Source: Chiloscyllium plagiosum
Lineage: Eukaryota
Assembly: GCF_004010195.1 (NCBI RefSeq)
Contig: NC_057719.1
Location: forward strand, 7,146,397-7,191,991
DNA length: 45,595 nucleotides
Direction of reading: 5' to 3'
The position numbers and the translations under genes are program-made. Shown here piece after piece: positions 24,917 through 35,854 of this stretch; positions within the stretch are counted from its first letter, which is position 1; each line of letters opens with the position of its first letter. The notes beneath the pieces are model-generated. The model saw only the letters and a program-made list of their open reading frames with translations, did not search any database and had not been told where the DNA came from.

Positions 24917-25077
24917 ATCAGTTCCAGATCTGCTAAATCCTGATTTAAAGGGACTGTAGGTATTCTATTTATTTTCAACTACAGACTTTACTTGGGTGAC
25001 TAATGGGGGAGGTGGTGGTTGGAGCCCACCTTACCCAGGGTTTGGCGTAGAGTCAGCACAGCAGACTGTTCAGACTG

Positions 25078-25087
25078 CCGCCATCTT
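25078..25087 (-). promoter_or_regulatory. YY1-type motif at L1 5' end
   Basis: AAGATGGCGG lies about 10 nt inside the inferred L1 start, the position where mammalian L1 promoters carry a YY1 site. Confidence 0.55.
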
Positions 25088-25102
25088 GAATCTCCCATAC
25101 TG

Positions 25103-25408
25103 TTTTTTTTTAGTTCACTCATGGGACATGAGTGTCACTAGCTGGCCAATATTAATTGTCCATGTCTAGCTGCCCTTGAATTGAGTGGCTTGCTTGGCCG
25201 TTTCAGCGGGCAGTTGAGAGTCCGCCGCATTGCTGAAGTCACCTGTAGGCCAGACCAAGTAAGGATGGCAGATGTCCTTCAGGGAAGAGCATTAGTGAGC
25301 CAAATGAGTTTTTCTGACATTCAGCAATGGTCATCAGTGGATTCTTAATTCCAGTTTTTTAAAATTGAACTCAAATTCCACTGTCTGCTATGTGGGATTT
25401 GAACCCAC
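25103..25408 (-). mobile_element. tRNA-derived SINE (second family)
   Basis: An A-tail (T run at 25103-25111) and a B-box-like GGGTTCAAATCCC at the far end. It is homologous to 8958-9153. Confidence 0.7.
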
Positions 25409-25944
25409 TAGGCCATTACCTAGTTTGGTACCTTGCTGAATGCATTGGATAGAATGAATAAATTGTGTATTGGAATAAAAGTTATGTATAAGGCATGGCA
25501 TTCCAGTGGTGATGTCAATCCCTCAAGTAGCGACGTGAGCTAACAGGGCTTATGATCTCTCTGATGCAGCAATGGCTGCTGTGGAGTTTTCAGTAGCTAC
25601 AGTTGTGCTACCACTCATACAGGCACCTACTGTCCTAAGACACCCTAGACACACGTAGGTGTTAGGGCAATGTTCAATTCTCCAGTTGGGGTCACGGTAA
25701 GGAATAAAAGTTTGGGAAACGCTGGTGTAAGGTATAAAGAAAAATCAAAGATTCTGGTTTAAACTAAAGATGAGAAATTGAAGTAAATGAGAGACCATTT
25801 GTCTGAGAAAATAAGTGAAAAACAACAAGGAAAGGAATTACAGATTGGAATAGTGTGGCAGGTATGGGAATAAAGGCATAGCTTTCAATAAAATAGTTAA
25901 TTTTAAGCAATGCTACATTACATTGTCTTATACATTTCAAGATT

Positions 25945-26286
25945 GGATAAGGTAAATAGATAAGGTATTTTCCCTGGGATGGGGGTGTCCAGAACCAGAG
26001 GGCATAGGTTTAGGGTGAGAGGGGAAAGTTAATAAAGAGATCTAAGGGGCAACTTTTTCTCTCACAGGGTGGTGCATGTGTGGAATGAGCTGCCAGAGGA
26101 AGTGGTGGAGGCTGGTACAATTGCAACATTTAAGAGGCAGTTGGATAGGTATATGAATAGGAAGGGTTTGGAGGGATATATGCCAGGTGCTGGCATGTGA
26201 GACTAGATTGAGTTGCGATATCGGATAGGCATGGATGGGTTGGACCGAAGGGTCTTTTTCCATGCTATACATTTCCATGACTCTAT
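25945..26286 (+). mobile_element. CR1 3' end
   Basis: CCAGAGGGCATAGGTTTAGGGTGAGAGGGG...TGGAATGAGCTGCCAGAGG...GGACCGAAGGGTC...CATGACTCTAT. Confidence 0.88.
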
Positions 26287-27270
26287 AGTGGTGGAGTAGC
26301 AAGGCTGTATGTGGACTCTAGCCTGGTGCTGATCTGCTCCCATCTACTTGCTTTGTTTTTTTGTCTTTTTACTTCTCTTATCCTTTTATTTGTTTTTCTT
26401 TGGCGGGTTAATCGGCAGCACTGCTGCTGCAGCAAGAGGGAGCTATGCACAGAGTGGCGGCAGACACCCGGCAATTGGATTTGGCAGTGCATGCAGCTCC
26501 TCCTGGCAAAGATATCCTCTGTGTTCAGGGCGGCAGCAATTGGAGGCAGTGGCAGCGGATTCTTCATAATAGTGGCACTGGCAAGGTGACATCTCAGAGG
26601 AGGGCAGCCAGAGTGGAGTCTTGGCACGGCGGCCTGGCCTGGCAGCAAAGCTAGCGACTCCCTGGTTGCTATAGGCTCAGAGGGACTCCAGATCTGGCAG
26701 CATAGCCAGGGACTCTTGGTTGCAGTAGCCCCAGAGCGTAGATTTCTGGCATTGGCAAGGAGAAGGCTGCAGCGACAGCACTGTGGTATGCCTGGAGAGG
26801 GGATTTCTGACGCAATTGAGGTGGCAGTGGAGATGGACCCCTGGCTGCGGTCGCAGAAAGCCTGGAGTGGGGACTGCTGGTTATTGGTGAGGCGACAACA
26901 GCGGAGTTGAGGTCTCCTGGTTGTGGGGCGAATGAGAGTTCAGCATGGGACTCGGCGTTGGCAAAGTAGGCCCAGCAGCAAAGAAATGCTACCTAAAGAG
27001 TAATGACTCATAACATTGGTGGGTTCACAAAGTTAAAAATCACACAACACCAGGTTATAGTCCCAACAGGTTTATTTGGAAGCACTAGCTTTCTGAGCGC
27101 TGCTCCTTCATCAGGTGGTTGTGCAGCGTTCCAAATAAACCTGTTGGACTATAGCCTGGTGTTTGATTTTTAACTTAGTACACCCCAATCCAAAACCGGC
27201 ATCTCCAAATCATTGGGTCTGGCGCACGTGGAGTGAGGCAGTGGAGGAGGGGTGTCACCTTTCACACTTG
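26287..27270. other. Unclassified GC-rich repeat-like segment, interrupted by a PLE terminus
   Basis: A sharp GC rise with recurring GGCAGC/GACTC motifs between two known repeats. There is no recognisable ORF. Confidence 0.3.
27028..27212. mobile_element. Fold-back PLE-type terminus (family C) with hammerhead on minus arm
   Basis: Inverted arms AAGTTAAAAATCAC..CACCAGGTTATAGTC..AACAGGTTTATTTGGAA and TTCCAAATAAACCTGTTGGACTATAGCCTGGTG..GATTTTTAACTT. The minus core CAC-CTGATGA-AGGAGC-AGC-GCTCA-GAAA-GCTA-GTG lies at 27083-27117. Confidence 0.8.
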
Positions 27271-27289
27271 CAAAGAAGAATATGACGAG

Positions 27290-27642
27290 TATAGTGGCAT
27301 GGTGGCTCGGTAGTTTGCACTGCTGCCTCAGCCCCAGGGACCCAGGTTCGATTCCATCCTCAGGTGACTGTCTGTGTCAAGTTTGCACGTTCTCCCCGTG
27401 TCTCTATGGGTTTCCTCTGGGTATTCTGGTTTCCTCCCACAGTCCAAAGATGTGCAGGTTAAGTGGATTGACCACGCTAAATTGTCCATGGTGCCCAGGG
27501 ATGAGGGGGTTAAGTAGATTAACCATGGGAAATGCAGGGTTACATGGATAGAATAGGGGGTGGGTCTGGATAGGATACTCTTCAGAGGGTTGATGTTGAC
27601 TTGATTGGCCAAGTGGCCTGCTTCCACGCTGTAGGGATTTTG
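27290..27642 (+). mobile_element. tRNA-derived SINE (HE1/V-SINE-like)
   Basis: GGCATGGTGGCTCGGTAG...GGTTCGATTCC (A/B boxes) followed by the same core as 1686-2026. Confidence 0.85.
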
Positions 27643-28189
27643 ATGCAAAACTTGGAAGAAAATTATTAAGTATTGCAGAAGAATTTTAACATGCAGCTTG
27701 CCGTTGAAAGATATTTTTCTCTATTGAATATGATTGTGATTGTAGCTGTTGCTGTAGACTTCTGATCAGGCGTAATTACTGTTTTATTGCTTTGTGACTA
27801 ATTTGTATTTCTGATTGCAGAACCTTAGCTGATAATGTTTGAATTCCATACCATGTATTTTAATTGTGTGAATGTGGTGGTTAGAACATAGAACATAGAA
27901 CATACTTGATTGGCCAAGTGGCCTGCTTCCACGCTGTAGGGATTTTGATGCAAAACTTGGAAGAAAATTATTAAGTATTGCAGAAGAATTTTAACATGCA
28001 GCTTGCCATTGAAAGATATTTTTCTCTATTGAATATGATTGTGATTGTAGCTGTTGCTGTAGACTTCTGATCGGGCGTAATTACTGTTTTATTGCTTTGT
28101 GACTAATTTGTATTTCTGATTGCAGAACCTTAGCTGGTAATGTTTGAATTCCATACCATGTATTTTAATTCTGTGTGAATGTGGTGGTT
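27599..28189 (+). repeat. ~285-bp direct duplication separated by (AGAACAT)3
   Basis: Copies at 27599-27882 and 27904-28189 differ at only a few positions. The spacer is 27883-27903. Confidence 0.95.
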
Positions 28190-28297
28190 CTTAACGTGAA
28201 TATAATTTCTTTTTGTTTCAGGATCAGTTTTATTTCCACTCATGCTTTTTGTGTTGATGACTTTGAGTTATAGCCCACTTGCACTTTCATTTCACAT

Positions 28298-28513
28298 GAT
28301 GTCAGAGGTAAAAACCTTTACTCAGTAGTAGGAGCGTGAAATGCACTGCCTGCAAAAGTTTTAGGCTTGCCAACTTTAAGGGCATTTACATGGTCATTGG
28401 ATAGTCATATGGGCAAAATGGAATAGTGAAGGTTAGATGGGCTTCAGATTGGTTTCACAGGTGAGCACAACATCAAGGGCCGAAGGGCCTGTACTGCGTT
28501 GTTATGTTCTATG
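28298..28513 (+). mobile_element. CR1 3' end
   Basis: It matches 21875-22090 (GATGTCAGAGGTA...GGGCCGAAGGGCCTGTACTGCG..TGTTCTATG). Confidence 0.85.
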
Positions 28514-29892
28514 TGTGTGTTAATGAGGTACAAGCTTGATGGCAAAAATCATTAAACAACTTAACAGGGGAAGGGTGCCAAATTTGACCTTGCCCTATCT
28601 GAACAAGATGCATGTGCAGCGTTTTTCTTGTAATGGAAGAAAACTAAATTGTATTATTCTGACATTGCGACTTTAGAAAAGAATAGCTAATGCCAAAGAT
28701 CAGAAATTGGAACTGGGACATTCTTGGTTTGTATAACTCACTAGCAGTCTCGATAAATTTACTGAAACCAAAGCGTAACTTGGGCATGCTTACTGTTCAA
28801 ACTTCAATCGTCTTTGATATTACACAATAGGAATATTAAGATTCCCAGAAACTTATTTTAAAATAGTTTTACCTGTAGTGTATATTTTCTATTTAGAGAA
28901 AAAAATCCCAGAATAAATGTTACTGCTGTACCATTTATACCCCACTAATTCTTTTCAAACAATTAAATTTTTATTCCTCATAACCTTACATAGCTCCTGC
29001 TAAAATACCTTGTCACCCTCCCATCTAATAGTTTTGTTTTGTCATTTATATGACAGCACCACCAACAATGTGCTACCTCTGTAGTGTCAAGGGTGATTTT
29101 ATTTCCAAACTCTGCCAAAAGGCAACACATGCAACCCGAGAATGTTCATACCTTTCGTTCAAATTGCAAGTGAACTGGGGTCAAAATTCCCAACATGAAG
29201 GCATGTAGTTTCTCTGTTCTGATCTGTTCTGTATGTTGCAACCAGAAACCTAGCCACAAATATAGTTGTATATTTGCTCACTCTGTTGGCTGCTGATGGT
29301 CTGAATTTCCTTATGAATCCAAAGCACCAACTGGTAAACATGTATTGCTCAATCAGGTGAGGCAGATTGACAATATGAATAGTACAAGATATACTCAGCT
29401 ATGATCTGCCACCATGTTATTGAAATGTGTTGGTTTTATTTCATTCCCAAATTGGCATTTGCATGTTTGTCATAGGACTAAGAATAAGGCAGATGATGTT
29501 TTATGAAGGAACTAAGTTTGGATGAGTCTATTTCATTTCCATTTTAAAGACTTAAATTTTGTATATTTTACATGCAGTTTTCTTCAATCTCTTTGTAAAA
29601 ACAACTCAACCTTTCAACAAGTTGTAATAATTCATTGGCATAAATCTCAAAGTATTGTGAAGTTGAATGTTTATCTAAACTAATCTCCCAGAATCCTGAG
29701 GCGAAGGAGAAATTTATTATTTAATTAAACTTTGCAGACTTTTGTAGTACTCACTTTGGTTATATAAATTAATATTTTCCTATTTTTAGAACAACTTTCC
29801 ATTTGGAAGTACAAGTAATACCATTGTTTCTGTATTCAAACAGAGCCAATGGCATTAGAACTGAACTGTGGTCTGTTTTTGTCCATCTTTAA

Positions 29893-30095
29893 TAGATTCC
29901 CTCGAAAGGCCTTTATTGTGCCGGTGGACATTGCACATTCCCTCTCAATGGACACCTAAGCACCAACATAACCATGTAAGAGGGATATACAATCGGGTAC
30001 TGCAATTCCCTCCACAGCCCACTGCCTGAACCTGTTGATGACCACATTGGTCAGTCTCATTATCAAACCCACCAGGAGGCCCCAGTCCTCCTTTC
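29893..30095 (-). mobile_element. Tx1-like LINE ORF2 C-terminal remnant
   Basis: The minus translation EDWGLLVGLIMRLTNVVINRFRQWAVEG...DCISLLHGYV...ERECAMSTGTIKAFR resembles Tx1-clade C-termini. Confidence 0.4.
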
Positions 30096-30099
30096 TACT

Positions 30100-30554
30100 C
30101 TTTTAAAACAAAACTTTAGGATTTCTGGGTTTTCATTTTTCAATAGCATCAGAAGCTATTTGGGTCTCAACAGAATTGAAAACTTCAGTAAATGCCTCTT
30201 GGCTGCTACTCTCTGAATTTTCTTTGTTTTTTTTCCTGGATCGGAGAACTGCACATGAGAATCTGTCTCTGAATTTGCCTTTTTGCCACGGGCTGTGTTT
30301 ATGGGATGTTACTGAATTGGAACAGTTAATTTGTAATAGTTACTGTGTCTACTACTTAGGTTTTCCAGTAGAATTGTTATTCTAAGTTTGTTCTTATCTT
30401 AGAATTTTAACCGTAGTGTTCATAGAGTAGTTTTACAAGTCGCACTGCATCTGGAACATAGCACTCCACATTTGCTTTTAAAATAAGAAAAAGTGAGGGT
30501 CTAGGCTACCTTCTTAAAATATTTTGAGGTGTCTGGTCTGGTCTAAATTGTAAC
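30100..30554 (+). mobile_element. Partial LTR-like repeat
   Basis: It ends GTCTGGTCTGGTC...TGTAACA, an LTR-like 3' terminus. The 5' boundary is unclear. Confidence 0.4.
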
Positions 30555-31921
30555 AAAAACAAAATCAAACGATCATCAAAAATTTCAAGAACTGTGGTAG
30601 AAACTTCCAAATGGTGTACACCAGACCCCGTGGTGCCACCAATCCATTCAAGCGCAGTTCTTGAAATTGTGCATAATGGCCTTTTGCTTTACAGTGGTAC
30701 AGGATGAAAAATGACTGGGTCTGAATGAGAAGAGACTGTTAAAATGTCATTTATTGCGTTATAATAGACACATCTGGTTCATTGAGATCTCAAACTAGAC
30801 ACTTATTCCTACCCAAGGCTGCATGACATTGGGTGAAGCTTAACATTGTCTCCAACATTAACCCATTCAGAACTGTATGTAGCTATATATTCCTAACTGT
30901 CCGGCGTTTAGCATTTTGTTTTTATAAACAAGATTGGAACTGTTTTGGAGGACGGCCAGTGTGTGGAATGTTTTATTGTTTCCTCAAATAATACTTGAGA
31001 AAAGGTTATATTCTGTCTTGTTTCCTTTAAAGTAAAAAGTATGATAGAAGGTGAAAAGCTTTAAAATTATTTCAGCTAGATTGTAATATTTTTATTCCTT
31101 GATATGTTAAAATCCCTGTGCTTTATAACTTTTCTTGCTGTTGCAAATTTTCCACTGGTTGACTGCAGCTGCCAATGATTTATTTTCCAAGCTTTTTTGG
31201 ATACACATCTGTCTTTGTATTCAGTTTATTATTTTATTATATGAGTTGCATTAACCTTTGAATTAATAAAATTACTAAACCAGGAAACTGTCTTTTGAGG
31301 TCTGATCTTTAGCAAACCCGGACTTGGGCTGTACAGTCTGGGGAAAATTAGTTTATTGTACCTGTGGTTTGAGACCAAGACTCTGGGAAACACTTCACCC
31401 CTTTGTCCATCTCCCTATGCAGTACATTGAACCCCACTTGAAGAATAGACGGGTTGCTGTCATTAATCTTTTCCAATAGATGATGTCGTCTAGGTAAGGG
31501 GAATTCGGCTGCATTTATTGATGCTTCTCCATCATCTCCTGTTGATGCAAATATAGAGAGAGCATACAAGCAGGGAGTCCCAATCGCTTTTTATAGGAAT
31601 TAAAAACTGGGTGGGTGTATAAAATGGGCACCTGGGGGATTTTGTCTGTTTCTTGCCGAACAAGTTAGTTTAAAATAACCTCCATTGTCATCTCTTCCTT
31701 TGCCATGTTGAATATGTAGCAGTGTATCTTGCTGTCGTCTTCAAGATCAAATGATAGGATGTTAAACTTGAAGTGACTGAAATGTTCACTGTCTCACTCT
31801 GAAGAACTGGCAAACTTTGATAGACTTGAACAAAATTCAAGTGCAGTAACTTTTGTGATTTTTCAAAACTGCAGTGTTGTGACTGCCATTGCATGTGTGG
31901 TTTGAATGTATTGATAGTTCT

Positions 31922-32195
31922 AGAGTAGCACAGCGGTTAACACTGCTGCCTCACAGTGCTAGAGGCCCATGTTTGACTCCAGCCTGGGGTGACTATATGG
32001 AGTTAGCACATTCTCCCTGTGTCTGCAAGGGTTTCTACCTGGTGCTCGGGTCCAAAGATTTGCAGGTTAGATGGATTGACCATGTTAATTGCCCCATAGT
32101 GGCTAGGGATGTGCAGGCTGGGTAGATTAGCTATGATCGGTGCAAGCTTGATGGGCTGAATAACTTCTGTCTGCAGTGTAGAGATTCTGTGACTC
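31922..32195 (+). mobile_element. Decayed tRNA-derived SINE (HE1-like)
   Basis: GCACAGCGGTTAACACTGCTGCCTCACAGTGCTAGAG...CCAAAGATTTGCAGGTTAG is homologous to 27290-27642. Confidence 0.8.
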
Positions 32196-33774
32196 TGGAG
32201 TTCAAAGTTTAATGGTCTGAGAATTACTCTATTTTTTTACTGAAAGATGTTTGAGGGATGTAACTGGATTTTAAATTGCTTAGAAACATGGATGATACAA
32301 GATGTTAACAGACAGTTTCACTTGGGTTTCAAGTAGTATGAGAAAACATAAATGGCAAATGAAAGTTTCAAAAGAGCACAGTAGTTAGTTGAGCCATTCA
32401 ACTCACAACTGCACCCTGTTCTCTCATAGGTTGCCACTGCAGCTCTTTTTTTTAAATGAAGCAAGGGAGCCCCATGTTTCTAACAGGAGAGTCTGCTCAG
32501 GGTGTTTTCAGATTGGAGCTGTGTTTCCATTCTGACAATTCTTTCATAGCACTGTTAGAGAAAGACAAACCATGCTCTTTTTTTTTTACAGCAATCAGCT
32601 TCCATATTCTGAAATGTAATGGGCCTGACAGCCACTTCTACACCTGCTGTCAATCCATAAGTATGTAAAATAAGTGTGATTTTAGTGTGCTGCGAGGGTC
32701 GTGTGCAAGTTGGGTCAGGTCCAGAGAAGATAACTGGGTCATGCCTGGTGGGAAAGATAATGGAGTTGGGTCTAGAGAATGTCAGGTCGGAGTCTGGGGA
32801 GATGTAGTTGGGATTTCAGGTAAGTTTGGTGACTGTTTAATATTTACCAGGAAAGGTGAGACTATTAAATACATTTGATTTAATTTTATCAGAGCCACCC
32901 AAAGTGTCTGATTTAAATTGCTTTGGTTCCAATCATAGTGTAGTTACCCAGAGGAAAATTCAATTTCCAGGGCAATTCCTTCAGAGAATGCTCCAGTTGG
33001 GATACTGCATGTCGATGCTTAATTCCGGTCTGCAATGGCGTAACAACAATCTGGCCAGTTGAAAAGCTGAGTCAATACTTTTGTTACTGGAAGACAGTGC
33101 GCTGGTTCTGAATAGGAGATGGGTATTTGGGAGTTTCATTTGATCAATTTCAGTACAAGTTTGTCAGGGAGGTTGAGTAGAGTTCACAGTGGGCTGTTAT
33201 GTTGTGTGGCACAAGCTGTTTTTGATGGTGTGCATTAAAAAAATGTTCTCACTTAGATTGTCAGTAGGCATATCTAATTATTTTGGAGAAAAATTGTTTT
33301 GCCTCTTTTTAAAAGTTTTAGTTTTACCCATGGTTATTGTTCAGTGATCCAACTCCTGGCAATAAACATGACTAGGACTTACCCTGATTCCAACCAAAAT
33401 GGGGTGATTTGCAAATGAAGCCATTTGGTCTGCAGTCAAAATGCACAAATCTTGAAACTGTGAGCAATACACAGTTAATTTCCTCACCACCATCATCAGG
33501 CTTCACTCAAAATCTTCAACACTGAGAACTTCCAATTAATAAAGGACTGCTTTCTTAAAAGGCAATTTTATTTTTTAAAGTTCTTCAGTATACGAAGTTT
33601 TGATTATTATCCTCCCTTTGGACAATTGTCTTTGAACCCTGTACTGAGTTCACCATTTCCTGTGCTCAACTCAACTGTTTGAATTCAAGCTGTCCAGATT
33701 CCATTTCTTGTCACAGTAAGCCTGCCAAATAGTTGCATACAATGTTTCAGTCTTCAGTCTCTCAGTATTTGACT

Positions 33775-34168
33775 CCCACCTTTCTGAATAATGTCAGTGT
33801 CTGTCATACTCTGCCTATTCTCTTCAAGTTGGCACTGAATTGCTCTGTATAATGTTGACTGCATATGATAGAGTCCCAGGATATTAAAGTTGCCTACTCA
33901 TCTTGAAGCTACATTTTAAGCTACTTGCTTTCTCAGTTGCCTCTAACTTGAGAGGGTTTAAGTCATGTGGCCCCACCTTTCTGAATAATGTCAGTGTCTG
34001 TCATACTCTGCCTATTCTCTTCAAGTTGGCACTGAATTGCTCTGTATAATGTTGACTGCATATGATAGAGTCCCAGGATATTAAAGCTGCCTACTCATCT
34101 TGAAGCTACATTTTAAGCTACTTGCTTTCTCAGTTGCCTCTAACTTGAGAGGTTTTAAGTCATGTGGC
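33775..34168 (+). repeat. 197-bp tandem duplication
   Basis: Units at 33775-33971 and 33972-34168, with two substitutions seen (AAGTT/AAGCT and GGGTT/GGTTT). Confidence 0.95.
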
Positions 34169-34656
34169 CTCTGTCCCCAGCAATAGCCCTACGTTTCAGT
34201 CTTCTTAAGAAAGAGCCTATGTTGATGCTGTTTCTATTGTGCTTAACGTTAGAACAGAAGTGTTAAATGTACTCTGTGGGCCTCAGTGCACATTATTGAT
34301 ACTTTAAATGGTTGATGTTAAATTCTGACTTCTGATTTAGCACTGTTGCCTCACAATTGGACAAATCTTAAAAACAAACCATTCCAATCTCTTGACTGAC
34401 AAAATTTGAGCAGGTCAATACAAGTTATAATGAAAACAACAATGGAAGTTGAATTGCCTGGATTTGAAGCATTGGAAGTCTTAAAACTCTTTGTGCTATT
34501 GTATAATGAAACAAGACTGAAGTTGAGTATTGGAGAGGTCCCACTGATTCGTGTTTGAGTAGCTATCATGTGTCTTTTAATACAGCTGTTTGCTCCAAAG
34601 CAATACATTATCAGAATGGTTTTATAGCCGAAGAAATTTAGCTTTCTTGTAAACCT

Positions 34657-34866
34657 ATGGTGCTGGAAAAGCACAGCCAGTCAGGCAGCATCCGAGGAGC
34701 AGGAGAGTCGACGTTTCGAGCATAAGGTCTTCATCAAGAATCTCCTGACGAAGAGCATATGCTCGAAACGTCGACTCTCTTCCTCGGATGCTGCCTGACC
34801 GGCTGTGCTTTTCCAGCACCACACTTTTCGGCTCTGATCTCCAGCATCTGCAGTCCTCACTTTCTC
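34657..34866. mobile_element. Fold-back PLE-terminus insertion (variant subfamily)
   Basis: A palindrome centred near 34740, with a 15-bp TSD CTTTCTTGTAAACCT at 34642-34656 and 34867-34881. Confidence 0.9.
34742..34777 (+). ncRNA. Minimal hammerhead ribozyme core
   Basis: CTC-CTGACGA-AGAGC-ATAT-GCTC-GAAAC-GTC-GA. Stem II is GAGC/GCTC instead of GGGC/GCCC. Confidence 0.78.
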
Positions 34867-35854
34867 CTTTCTTGTAAACCTGCCAAATTTATATTGAGTA
34901 TCAAATCTGACCTCATTTCAGTCTTTCATTTTGCTGCTTACTGGATTCTCTGAAAGAGAGAAAATTAAGACTGTATTTCATAAGATACTGATTACATTAT
35001 TAGATAACTTACTTGTATTGCTTTAGAACAATTAAAGGTTGAAATCTCAAATACACAAAGGGATTTATTCTTTGTGAGATTCTTCTATCATTAAGAGAAA
35101 GAGAGTTGCTCATTTTTCAATTCTGCAATTGTACTGAGTAATTTCCATAAGGGGATAGAACAGTATAAAGCCACAGCTGAAAAAGGAAGTATGTACTCTG
35201 TCTTGTTTCGCTTGGCAGCATCGAGTGAAAAACTTGTCGTATCATTGTATCTTCAACGCACAAAAGAATTCTGCACTACAAAAAGTGCATTCACTGAAAA
35301 TGCCTGCCACCTCTATTAATCAGCATTTTTACTCTATTCTGGATTAAATCAATGCTTATGCTGCCTTCAGCCACCCATAGGTGCAGTGTTGCAATAGTAC
35401 AGTTAAAAGGCGACTATAAATACATATTGGCATTTCCTGTTGCACAGTGTTGTGGTATGTAAAATGTAACTGGTTGCTATGGGGACTGCAAGCCGGCATT
35501 AGCTATGGAAGGAAATGTTCCAGTCATGAGACTTAGATTTTTTTTACACTGTCTGAAGGCTTCTGTCCAGATGTGAGCAAAAGCAAATATGGATGTGTAA
35601 TACTCAACTCTTCAGTGACTGTTTGTTATTTCTGATGTTATAAATCTTGATCCCTGTATTAGTTTTCTTGTCCAGAATATTTTAGATTACACCATTTGAA
35701 AGCAGATTGTTGAAAATACAATAAGCGAAAGAAGAATGAGTAGTCTTGCAGCTTGTCACCAACTCTTGAACCATGAAGATTGCAGCTTAGGCCAGCCAAT
35801 GATTGTCTCCAACCTTGATCTTTGTTGGAGAACAACCAAATGTACCAGCAAGGG

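Larger units (their letters stand above)
21750..25096 (-). mobile_element. L1-clade LINE retaining 5' UTR, ORF1, spacer and ORF2 endonuclease; 3' part missing; interrupted by CR1 and PLE
   Basis: The 5' end reads GGGAGATTCAAGATGGCGG. ORF1 has a coiled coil ending VDTLENRGQRNKI. ORF2 starts at 22771 with MASDPFRWCICNIKGSH..IKRKK...DIVLL*ETHL, and IIEGDF follows. Confidence 0.85.

Noticed and set aside
27290..27365. tRNA gene
   Set aside because: The A/B boxes belong to a SINE head with no full cloverleaf. The same applies near 1960-2015 and 31922-31985.
29790..29814. Possible 25-nt exon (TTTTTAG...CAA|GTAATA)
   Set aside because: The donor is weak, the context is AT-rich, and the peptide is not recognisable.
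31370..31640. Possible ancient L1 RT remnant
   Set aside because: The resemblance is too faint to support without a profile search.
34351..34674. 107-aa minus-strand ORF
   Set aside because: It starts inside a PLE insertion and has no recognisable domain; its length is compatible with chance.
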